Source of the DNA: an uncultured Candidatus Saccharibacteria bacterium | GTDB taxonomy: Bacteria > Patescibacteriota > Minisyncoccia > Phycocordibacterales > DATDWN01 | Length of the DNA stretch: 64,000 nt | Direction of reading: 5' to 3' | NCBI GenBank assembly: GCA_964551495.1 | Contig: CAZKCA010000001.1 | Location: 34,384 to 98,383, forward strand | Part shown: one piece after another, positions 9,562-17,790 of the stretch | How positions within the stretch are numbered: the first letter of the stretch is position 1 | How the letters are laid out: every line of letters begins with the position of its first letter | Translations under genes and position numbers: made by a program | Notes under the pieces: model-generated | The model's database searches: none | Seen by the model: only the letters and a program-made list of their open reading frames with translations | Told to the model about the DNA's origin: nothing

Positions 9562-9990
9562 ATGTTAAAAATCAGATTACAAAGATTTGGTAGAAAGCAC
9601 GAACCTGTTTTTCGTGTTGTTTTGACTGATTCTAAAAACTCAACAAAGAGTGGAAAGTTTCTAGAAACATTAGGAAATTATGATGCCAGAAGAGGTGAGC
9701 AGTCTGTAGTGAATTCAGACAGGATAAATTATTGGGTATCTAAAGGGGCCCAACTTTCTGATACAGTTCACAACCTTTTAATTACAAAGAAAGTTATAGA
9801 AGGTAAGAAAATCAATACTCTTCCTAAAAAAAGCCCCATTGTTAAAGAAGGGGAAGCTACTGCTAAGGTAGAAAAAGAAACTTCTCTTCCTGTAGAAGAA
9901 ACAACTCCTGTAGAGGCAGAAGCAGAAGTTTCTGTAGAAGTTGCAGAAGAAGTTAAAGCAGAGCCTGTGGCAGAAGAAACTACTGCTTAA
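9562..9990 (+). CDS. rpsP: 30S ribosomal protein bS16 with an acidic Glu/Ala/Val-rich C-terminal extension
   Basis: MLKIRLQRFGRKHEPVFRVVLTDSKNSTKSGKFLETLGNYD is a canonical S16 N-terminus. The tail is EAEAEVSVEVAEEVKAEPVAEETTA. Confidence 0.85.
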   Translation: MLKIRLQRFGRKHEPVFRVVLTDSKNSTKSGKFLETLGNYDARRGEQSVVNSDRINYWVSKGAQLSDTVHNLLITKKVIEGKKINTLPKKSPIVKEGEATAKVEKETSLPVEETTPVEAEAEVSVEVAEEVKAEPVAEETTA

Positions 9991-10062
9991 AAGTTTATTG
10001 ACCTCACTATTGTATTTGTATTAAAATAATACTGTCAGTTTTATCATTTAACGATTGAATTC

Positions 10063-10380
10063 ATGGAACAAGACGCAAAATTTTTAGATTTTATTATAAA
10101 AGAGTTAGTAGATCATCCTGAAGATGTAAAAATCACCAGAACTGTGGATGAAATGGGTGTTTTGATGACTCTAGACGTCAACAGGGCTGATATGGGTAAA
10201 ATAATCGGTAGAGAAGGAAATACAGCCAAGGCCATAAGAACACTTCTACGTGTTGTTGGTATGAAAAATAATGCAAGAGTCAATCTTAAGATTAACGAAC
10301 CTGCTGGAGAAGAAGGAGGTTCAAAAGGATACTCTGCTTCTAAGACTGTTGATGAGGCAATGGCAGATCTTAAACTATAA
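10063..10380 (+). CDS. KH-domain RNA-binding protein (KhpA/YlqC-like)
   Basis: KH GxxG segment IIGREGNTAKAIRTLL. Sits in the usual rpsP–KH–(rimM)–trmD neighbourhood. Confidence 0.7.
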   Translation: MEQDAKFLDFIIKELVDHPEDVKITRTVDEMGVLMTLDVNRADMGKIIGREGNTAKAIRTLLRVVGMKNNARVNLKINEPAGEEGGSKGYSASKTVDEAMADLKL

Positions 10381-10416
10381 TCTCAAATTTATAGAAATAT
10401 TCTGTTAGATTTAAAA

Positions 10417-10452
10417 AATAACTTGAGTTATAAAACATAACTCAAGTTATTT
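10417..10452 (+). terminator. Rho-independent terminator after the KH gene
   Basis: ataacttgagttat aaaac ataactcaagttat: a 14-bp perfect stem followed by a T-tract. Confidence 0.6.
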
Positions 10453-10576
10453 TTATAATTATCATTTACATAATTTTTAATTATTTTTCTATAAAGTATT
10501 GCTAACTAAAAACTTCTTTCTCCTCATCACAATTTTAGAGCACGCATAAATTTCTGCTGAAAAATCGCTGGGTCTT

Positions 10577-10655
10577 CCCTTACAGGGACTGTACACCTTT
10601 CACATTTGATTACAAATGCTCAAGGTCTTGCGAAGCTATAACATAGCTTCTCACT
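10577..10655. repeat. Family C intergenic repeat, copy C1
   Basis: A ~79-nt stretch (cccttacagggactgtacacctttcacatttgattacaaatgctcaaggtcttgcgaagctataacatagcttctcact) is essentially identical to 35790-35868. It contains the perfect hairpin gaagctat-aaca-atagcttc. Confidence 0.7.
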
Positions 10656-10800
10656 ACCCGCCTACGAAGTTCCTAAAATTGTAATAAGTCAACGAAGTTT
10701 TTAAAAAAGAGTGAGAAACAGGCTCTCTGTGGTTTTAGGAATAAAAATTACCTATACTTTTTAATAAAAATGTGGTATAAATATACCACATTTTTATTTT

Positions 10801-11463
10801 ATGAATTTTCACGTAATCACATTGTTTCCAGAAGCTTTTGACTCTTATCTAGGAGAGTCTATTTTGTCGCGTGCCATAGAAGATAAAAAGATAAAAGTAT
10901 CTTTTTATAACCCTCGTGATTTTGCAGATAACAAATGGAAGCACATAGACCAAAAACCTTATAGTGGTGGACCAGGAATGGTTATACAGGCTCTACCAGT
11001 TATAAAAGCTATAGAAAAAGCTTTATCTAAAATAAAAAGAAAGAAAAATTCAAAAGTTAAAATAATTTTCTTTTCTCCTTCTGGAAAGCAGTTTGACACA
11101 AAGTATTCAAAAAATACTACCAAAAAATATACAGATATTGTTTTTGTTTGTGGTAGGTATGAGGGGATAGATGCCAGAGTAAAAAAAGTTTTCAAAATGG
11201 AAGAAGTTTCTGTCGGACCTTTTGTTTTAACTGGTGGGGAATTACCAGCAATGATTTTAATAGATTCTATATCAAGACAAGTTTCTGGAGTTTTGGGTAA
11301 CATAGATTCACTGGAAGAAAACAGGGTTTCTTCTCCGGATGTTTATACAAGACCAGAAGTTTTAGAATATAAAGGTAAAAAGTATAGAGTTCCTAAAGTT
11401 TTACTTTCAGGGGATCATAAAAAAATAGAAGAATGGAAGAATAAAAAAAGGGCCCAGTCATAG
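10801..11463 (+). CDS. trmD: tRNA (guanine37-N1)-methyltransferase
   Basis: MNFHVITLFPEAF...GGPGMV...VCGRYEGIDARV...LTGGELPAMILIDSISR are TrmD SPOUT motifs. Confidence 0.85.
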   Translation: MNFHVITLFPEAFDSYLGESILSRAIEDKKIKVSFYNPRDFADNKWKHIDQKPYSGGPGMVIQALPVIKAIEKALSKIKRKKNSKVKIIFFSPSGKQFDTKYSKNTTKKYTDIVFVCGRYEGIDARVKKVFKMEEVSVGPFVLTGGELPAMILIDSISRQVSGVLGNIDSLEENRVSSPDVYTRPEVLEYKGKKYRVPKVLLSGDHKKIEEWKNKKRAQS

Positions 11464-11730
11464 ACTGGACCTTAGAAAAAACAGTATTCCTATTGTAGCA
11501 AGAGTACAGAAAAATTCTTGTCTGAAGCGACTTGTTCTAATCTTTGATATTTCTCTGCTCCATGGTTCGGATATAATAAAAAATCCAAGACCCATAAGTG
11601 TCACTGTTCCAAATATTCCACTTAGATCTATTATTCCCAAGTTTGGGTTTTTTACAAAAACGAATAGTGAGAAAATAGTTAAGCAAATAATACCTGAGAT
11701 GATGATGTAACCTGAAAATCTGGTGAGCAT
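11458..11730 (-). CDS. Small hypothetical membrane protein
   Basis: Two predicted TM helices. Convergent with trmD and overlaps its stop. No homology recognised. Confidence 0.3.
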   Translation of the reverse strand: MLTRFSGYIIISGIICLTIFSLFVFVKNPNLGIIDLSGIFGTVTLMGLGFFIISEPWSREISKIRTSRFRQEFFCTLATIGILFFLRSSL

Positions 11731-11832
11731 CTTTTTCCTCCAAGTTATTTTTACCAGAAAATAATGTTTTTGTCACATATACTTGACTTTTGTATATAAA
11801 GTGTGATATAAAAATAATGGAGGAAGATCAAA

Positions 11833-12102
11833 ATGGAAGCAATTCAAGGTGTACTTAATTTGTTGGAGCATGGGGAGGTATCAAAACCCAGAAAGGTATT
11901 TTTGGGTTTTGAGTTTGAGGTAAAGGGTGGTGGTAAAGTAATCGTCCGTAAAATATTTGGAATGGTACATATAAAAGGTACCAATGTTACTGTTGTTGAT
12001 CAGTGTTTGATCAACGTATTATATGATGAATTTATCTATATTTCTAATGAAGAAGATGCGTTAACTCTTTTTGAAACCACAAAAGCACAATATAGTTATT
12101 AA
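11833..12102 (+). CDS. Hypothetical protein (89 aa)
   Basis: ORF preceded by a TTGACT...TATAAA-like promoter and a GGAGGA Shine-Dalgarno. A GC-rich terminator hairpin follows (12122-12160). Confidence 0.4.
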   Translation: MEAIQGVLNLLEHGEVSKPRKVFLGFEFEVKGGGKVIVRKIFGMVHIKGTNVTVVDQCLINVLYDEFIYISNEEDALTLFETTKAQYSY

Positions 12103-12172
12103 TTTTATAAATAAGGTTTCCTAGGCGGCGCAAGCCGATAGGAGCCTTTTTCTTTTGTGTTAAAATATCATA

Positions 12173-13837
12173 ATGACTCAAAAGGAAGCTTTGGATATTT
12201 TAAAGATGGGACACAATGTTTTTTTGACTGGTCCGGCAGGTAGTGGCAAAACTCATGTTTTAAATTCCTATATAAACTATTTAAAAAAACATGCTGTGGA
12301 TGTTGCTGTGACAGCTTCTACAGGTATTGCTGCTACACACTTAGGGGGGCAGACAATTCATTCTTGGTCTGGTCTTGGTATAAGAGATAATATAACAGAC
12401 AGAGACATAGAGGATTTAATGCAGAGATCTTATCTGTATAAAAGATTTGAGAGAACAAAAGTATTGATTATAGATGAAATATCAATGCTACATCACTTTC
12501 GTTTGGATTTAATAGAATGGATTTGTAGACAGTTTAAACGGTCGGAAAAACCTTTTGGTGGTATGCAGGTTGTTTTGTGTGGAGATTTTTTTCAGCTCCC
12601 TCCTGTTTCTCGTGGAGAGATTTTAGAGTCCGAATTTGCCTGGAAGGCGGAGAGTTGGCAAGATGCAAATCTCAAAATTTGTTATCTTTCTGAACAACAT
12701 AGACAAAAAGATGATAAATATTTAAAAATTTTAAATGAAATAAGAGAAAATAATGTAAGAAAAGACACTTTAAACTTTTTATACGGTCTTATTGGTAAAG
12801 ATGTAAATTTTTCTATAGAACCAACAAAACTTTTTACTCACAATATTGATGTAGATGTTATAAATCATAAATATTTAGATTTGATAAATTATCCTATTAA
12901 AAAATTTGAGATGATAAGTAGGGGATCTGATTTTCTTTCTGATACTTTGAAAAAAAGTTGTCTTTCTCCTGAAGTTTTATCTTTAAAAATCGGAGCTAAG
13001 GTTATGTTTACTAAAAATCATCCAGAAGGAAGTTATGTGAATGGGACACTTGGTTTAGTTCACGATTTTAATTCTTTTGGTGATCCTATAGTGCAAACTA
13101 GTAAGGGAGAAAAAATAGTGGTTAGTCAGACAACTTGGCAAATAGAAGAAGACGGTAAAATAAAAGCTGAAATTGTTCAGTATCCTTTGCGTTTAGCCTG
13201 GGCCATTACTGTTCATAAAAGCCAAGGAATGTCACTGGACGCTATGGAGGTGGATTTATCGAAATCTTTTGTAAAAGGTATGGGTTATGTTGCTCTTTCT
13301 AGAGTTAGATCATTAGATGGTATGAAATTGTTAGGTATAAATGATGTTGCCCTCTCTGTTGATCCAGAAGTTTTGGAATGGGATTTAAAGTTTAAAAAAG
13401 AGTCCGAAGATAATTCTTATGATTTAAGAAGATTAAATAAAGAAAAAATAGAAGAAATCCAAAAAGAATTTTTAAAGAAAATAGAACCTGAAGAGAAAAT
13501 AAAGGTCAAAAAGGCAATAAAAAGTAAAAAGAAAACAGAAGATATAACAAAAGAAATGCTTTTGGAAGAGATTTCTTTATCTGAAATAGCCGATAGAAGA
13601 AACTTAACAAAAGAAACTATAATTTCTCATATAGAAAAATTAATAGAGAACAATAATTGTCCTGATATAGATTATTTAAAAAAGGAATTTAAAAGATCTG
13701 AATTGGATACTATATTGGATACTTTTGATAAGTTGGATACTCAAACTCTTTCTCCTGTTTATAATTATTTAACTAAAAAAGGAGCTAAACCTACCTATAT
13801 GAAACTAAGATTGGCTCGGCTTTTTAAAAATTTTTAG
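12173..13837 (+). CDS. Pif1/RecD-family helicase with a C-terminal helix-rich (HTH-like) domain
   Basis: Walker A VFLTGPAGSGKTHVL and Walker B LIIDEISM. A TVHKSQG-type motif lies near the helicase C-terminus (ITVHKSQGMSLD). Confidence 0.75.
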   Translation: MTQKEALDILKMGHNVFLTGPAGSGKTHVLNSYINYLKKHAVDVAVTASTGIAATHLGGQTIHSWSGLGIRDNITDRDIEDLMQRSYLYKRFERTKVLIIDEISMLHHFRLDLIEWICRQFKRSEKPFGGMQVVLCGDFFQLPPVSRGEILESEFAWKAESWQDANLKICYLSEQHRQKDDKYLKILNEIRENNVRKDTLNFLYGLIGKDVNFSIEPTKLFTHNIDVDVINHKYLDLINYPIKKFEMISRGSDFLSDTLKKSCLSPEVLSLKIGAKVMFTKNHPEGSYVNGTLGLVHDFNSFGDPIVQTSKGEKIVVSQTTWQIEEDGKIKAEIVQYPLRLAWAITVHKSQGMSLDAMEVDLSKSFVKGMGYVALSRVRSLDGMKLLGINDVALSVDPEVLEWDLKFKKESEDNSYDLRRLNKEKIEEIQKEFLKKIEPEEKIKVKKAIKSKKKTEDITKEMLLEEISLSEIADRRNLTKETIISHIEKLIENNNCPDIDYLKKEFKRSELDTILDTFDKLDTQTLSPVYNYLTKKGAKPTYMKLRLARLFKNF

Positions 13838-13854
13838 TGGTATAATACTTTGGT

Positions 13855-14070
13855 ATGAATAAAGCACATAAACTTAAATATTTTAGTGACAATCTTTTTA
13901 TAGTAGTTGGGCTGGTTATGATTTGGAGAGGTGTTTGGTATGTATTAGATGGTTTTGATTATCTTTTGTTGGGAGGAAATCATTATTGGTCTGCTTTTGG
14001 GGGAATTATCTTGGGTTTAATTATCTTGTATATTCCAGATAAAGATTTAAAAGAAATAAGTAAGCTATAA
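13855..14070 (+). CDS. Small hypothetical membrane protein
   Basis: Two hydrophobic helices. Overlaps the next gene in an ATGA junction. Confidence 0.35.
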   Translation: MNKAHKLKYFSDNLFIVVGLVMIWRGVWYVLDGFDYLLLGGNHYWSAFGGIILGLIILYIPDKDLKEISKL

Positions 14071-14321
14071 TGAAAAGTTTTAAAGAAAGGGTTTTTAACG
14101 TTGTAAAAACCATACCTAAGGGGGAAGTTTTGACTTACAAACAGGTGGCCAAGAAAGCCGGCAGTCCTAATGCCTTTAGGGCAGTTGGTAATGTATTAAA
14201 TACTAATTATGACAAGAGTATACCTTGCCATAGAGTGATAAGATCGGACGGTAAATTGGGTGGTTATAACAGAGGACTTGCCAAAAAAGCTAAAATCCTT
14301 GAAAAAGAAGGATATAGGTAA
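14070..14321 (+). CDS. ogt: Methylated-DNA--protein-cysteine methyltransferase (short Ogt/MGMT DNA-binding domain, active Cys retained)
   Basis: VLTYKQVAKKAGSPNAFRAVGNVLNTNYDKSIPCHRVIRSDG carries the PCHRV active-site motif. Confidence 0.75.
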   Translation: MKSFKERVFNVVKTIPKGEVLTYKQVAKKAGSPNAFRAVGNVLNTNYDKSIPCHRVIRSDGKLGGYNRGLAKKAKILEKEGYR

Positions 14322-14362
14322 GAGTGTCAACAGAGGTGTTAATAGTATGTGGATAACTAGCT

Positions 14363-14400
14363 TGACTTTGCTTGACATAATATAAGTAGTTAGCTATACT
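14363..14400 (+). promoter_or_regulatory. Sigma70-type promoter for the rpoB–rpoC operon
   Basis: Tandem TTGACT/TTGACA, then a 16-nt spacer (after the TTGACA) to TATACT (14395-14400). Confidence 0.5.
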
Positions 14401-14505
14401 CTAGATTAGCTTCAAACGATTGTGTTGCGGGAGAGAAGATATTACAAGTTTGGTTTATTTTTAATATTTTGCGAAACACTAATCGCTAAAAACCAATAAA
14501 ATAAA

Positions 14506-14538
14506 AGAGGCCTTTGGGGAAAGGTTTCTTTTTGTTTG
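14506..14538 (+). promoter_or_regulatory. Terminator/attenuator-like hairpin in the rpoB 5' leader
   Basis: gaggcctttGGGGaaaggtttc forms a 9-bp stem with two G·U pairs, followed by tttttgtttg. It lies ~50 nt upstream of the rpoB start and downstream of the promoter. Confidence 0.4.
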
Positions 14539-14586
14539 TAATAGTAGATTATTAGTATTTTTAAGTACACTATATTTATTATTTTT

Positions 14587-17500
14587 ATGAATAAAACAAA
14601 TACAGCAATACGTCCACAAAAGTTTTTCAGTAGGTGGAAAAAACCACTAGTTGGTATTCCAAACTTTGTTGAACCTCAGATAAATTCTTTTAAGTGGCTA
14701 TTGGAAAAAGGTCTAAAGGAAGTTTTTGAAGAATTTTCTTCAATAAAAGATTTTTCTGAGAAAAAATTTCAACTTGATTTTACAGGTTTTGAAATAGCAG
14801 AACCTAAGTTTGATGAATATTATGCAAAAAATAACAAGCTTTCATATGAAGCACCTCTTAAGGTTAAAATCAAACTAAAGAATTTTGTTCTTGGTACAGA
14901 AAAGGAGCAGGAAATATTTATGGCTGATTTTCCTTTGATGACTTCCCACGGGACATTTATTATCTCTGGTAATGAAAGAGTTATAGTTCCGCAGTTGGCT
15001 AGATCATATGGTGTATTTTTTACTGCAATTGAATCAAAAGGAAGAAAACTTTTTGGGGCAAAAATTATGCCTGCTCGTGGAGCATGGGTAGAAATTGAGT
15101 CAGATGCAGATGGTGTACTTTATGTTCGTATTGATAGAAAAAGAAAATTCCCTGTTACAACACTATTACGTGTTTTTGGAGTCAAAACAGATGAAGAAAT
15201 GTTAAAAATGTTTGAAGGCAATGAATTTGCTTTGACTTCCATTAAAAAGACCTTATCTAAAGATCATTCTAAAACAACAGAAGATGCTTATATAGATATC
15301 CACAAAAAATTAAGAGATGGTGATTTGGCTACAGCAGAAAATGCTAAAGAGTTTATTGATAGTATTTTTGATGAAGAAAGGTACGATCTATCTCCTGTTG
15401 GAAGATTTAGGTTTAACAAAAGATTCGACAAGAAAGTCGATGAAAAGGAAAAAAATAGAAAGACTCTGTCTAAAGAGGATTTGGCTACAATAGTTACTCA
15501 TGTTTCTGTTTTGAATAACACTCCTCATGCGATGGAAGATGATATAGATCACCTTGGTCAAAGAAGAGTTAGATTTGTTGGAGAACTATTCCAGCAAAAA
15601 ATAAGAACTGGAATGGCTCAAATAAAAAGAAATATTCAGAACAGAATGTCTACTATAGAGACAGATGTGACTTTGCCTGTTCAGTTTATATCTCCAAAAC
15701 CACTTCAGGCTCGTATAAAAGAATTCTTTACCACAAACCAACTTTCACAGTTCATGCTTCAAGAGAATCCTCTTTCTGAAATAGAGCATCTAAGAACTCT
15801 TTCTGCTCTTGGTCCAGGAGGACTTAATAGTTCTCGTGCTGGCTTTGAGGTTAGAGACGTTCACACTTCTCACTATGGAAGAATTTGTCCGATACATACT
15901 CCAGAAGGTCCAAACATTGGATTGGTTTTGCGTATGTCAGTTTATGCAAGAATAAATGATTTTGGGATGATCGAAACTCCATATGCTAAGGTAAAAAATG
16001 GAAAAATAACAGATGAAATTGTTTATTTAAATGCCTCAGAAGAAGAAAATTACGCTATCGCTCATGCCGCTATACCTTATGATGAAAACGGTAAGATAAC
16101 AGTTTCAGAAGTGGAGGTTAGATTAAATGGTAATCCAAGTACTGTGGCTAGAGAAAAAGTAGATTTTATAGACGTTGCTACAAATCAAGCTTTTTCTATC
16201 GCTACCTCAATGATTCCTTTCTTAAACCACGACGAAGCGAACAGAGCTTTGATGGCATCTAACATGCAGAAACAAGCTACCCCTTGTATTGTTCCAGAGG
16301 CACCTTTGGTTGCAACAGGTATGGAGACTTATGCTTTGAAAGATACTGGAAGATTAAAAATAGCAGATGTTTCTGGAGTGGTTACAGCTGTAGATGGCTC
16401 TAAGATTGTTGTAAAAGATTCTTCTGGTAAAGAGCACACTTATAAACTTATTCAGTTTGCTAGAACAAATGGTTTTACCGCTTTTCATCAAAGACCTTCT
16501 GTAAGTGTTGGAGACAAAGTTAATAAAGGTGATATTTTGGCAGACACAAGTTCTTCTGTAAATGGTCAAACTGCTATAGGTCAAAATATGCTTGTGGCTT
16601 TCATGTCTTGGTCAGGATCAAACTATGAGGATGCGATTATTCTTTCTGAAAGAGTGGTAAAAGATAGTAAATTCGCATCTATTCACTTGGAAGAATTTGT
16701 TATCAATGTTAGAGATACAAAACTTGGTCCAGAAGTTACAACTTGTGATATTCCAAACGTTGGAGAGTCAAAACTTAAAAATTTGGCTGAAGATGGAATA
16801 GTTCGTGTTGGAGCTGAAGTAAGACCAGGAGATATTTTGGTTGGAAAGATTACTCCAAAAGGTGAGACTCAACTTACTCCAGAAGAAAGACTTTTGAGAT
16901 CTTTGTTTGGGGAGAAGGCTAGAGATGTTAAAGATACTTCAAAGAGAATGGAAGGTGGAAAAAGAGGAAGAGTTGTCAGAGTTCAAGTATTCTCAAGAGA
17001 TAAAGGTGATAAGTTGGAATCAGGCATAATAAAAAGAATTCATATAGAAGTTGCTCAACTAAGAAATGTATCTGTTGGGGACAAACTAGCAGGAAGACAT
17101 GGTAACAAAGGTGTTATTTCAAGAATTCTTCCAGAGGAAGACATGCCATATATGGCAGATGGAACTCCTATAGATGTTATCTTAACTCCACTAGGTGTGC
17201 CGAGCAGAATGAATCTTGGTCAAATATTAGAAATTCATCTTGGGCTTGCTGCGCATACTTTAGGGTATCAAGCTATAGTCCCTCCTTTTGCCGGTGCAAC
17301 AGGTGAAGAAATAAAAGAAGAATTACAAAAAGCAGGTTTTCCAGAATCAGGAAAAATAAAATTATACGATGGTAGAACTGGAGAGGTTTTTGATCAAGAA
17401 ATAGCCGTAGGTTATATGTATATACTTAAACTTCACCACATGGTTGAAGATAAGATTCACATGAGATCTATTGGTCCATACTCTCTTATTACACAACAAC

Positions 17501-17790
17501 CGCTTGGAGGTAAAGCTCAAAATGGAGGACAGAGATTTGGAGAAATGGAAGTCTGGGCTCTTCTTGGTCACGGAGCTGCTCATACTCTTCAAGAAGTTTT
17601 GACTATAAAATCAGACGATATATTAGGTCGTTCTGCAGCATTCGATGCGATTGTTAAAGGTGAACCAATAACTCAATTAAATACACCAGCTTCATTTAAT
17701 GTGCTGTTGAATAACTTGAGAGGTTTGGCGTTGGATATACAAATAAAAAAGGGAGAGAAAGATTTACTAGCTGAAGGAATAAATGAATAA
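14587..17790 (+). CDS. rpoB: DNA-directed RNA polymerase subunit beta
   Basis: Conserved rpoB blocks (GPGGLNSSRAGFEVRDVH, NMQKQA, GRHGNKGVISRILP). 1067 aa. Confidence 0.95.
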   Translation: MNKTNTAIRPQKFFSRWKKPLVGIPNFVEPQINSFKWLLEKGLKEVFEEFSSIKDFSEKKFQLDFTGFEIAEPKFDEYYAKNNKLSYEAPLKVKIKLKNFVLGTEKEQEIFMADFPLMTSHGTFIISGNERVIVPQLARSYGVFFTAIESKGRKLFGAKIMPARGAWVEIESDADGVLYVRIDRKRKFPVTTLLRVFGVKTDEEMLKMFEGNEFALTSIKKTLSKDHSKTTEDAYIDIHKKLRDGDLATAENAKEFIDSIFDEERYDLSPVGRFRFNKRFDKKVDEKEKNRKTLSKEDLATIVTHVSVLNNTPHAMEDDIDHLGQRRVRFVGELFQQKIRTGMAQIKRNIQNRMSTIETDVTLPVQFISPKPLQARIKEFFTTNQLSQFMLQENPLSEIEHLRTLSALGPGGLNSSRAGFEVRDVHTSHYGRICPIHTPEGPNIGLVLRMSVYARINDFGMIETPYAKVKNGKITDEIVYLNASEEENYAIAHAAIPYDENGKITVSEVEVRLNGNPSTVAREKVDFIDVATNQAFSIATSMIPFLNHDEANRALMASNMQKQATPCIVPEAPLVATGMETYALKDTGRLKIADVSGVVTAVDGSKIVVKDSSGKEHTYKLIQFARTNGFTAFHQRPSVSVGDKVNKGDILADTSSSVNGQTAIGQNMLVAFMSWSGSNYEDAIILSERVVKDSKFASIHLEEFVINVRDTKLGPEVTTCDIPNVGESKLKNLAEDGIVRVGAEVRPGDILVGKITPKGETQLTPEERLLRSLFGEKARDVKDTSKRMEGGKRGRVVRVQVFSRDKGDKLESGIIKRIHIEVAQLRNVSVGDKLAGRHGNKGVISRILPEEDMPYMADGTPIDVILTPLGVPSRMNLGQILEIHLGLAAHTLGYQAIVPPFAGATGEEIKEELQKAGFPESGKIKLYDGRTGEVFDQEIAVGYMYILKLHHMVEDKIHMRSIGPYSLITQQPLGGKAQNGGQRFGEMEVWALLGHGAAHTLQEVLTIKSDDILGRSAAFDAIVKGEPITQLNTPASFNVLLNNLRGLALDIQIKKGEKDLLAEGINE

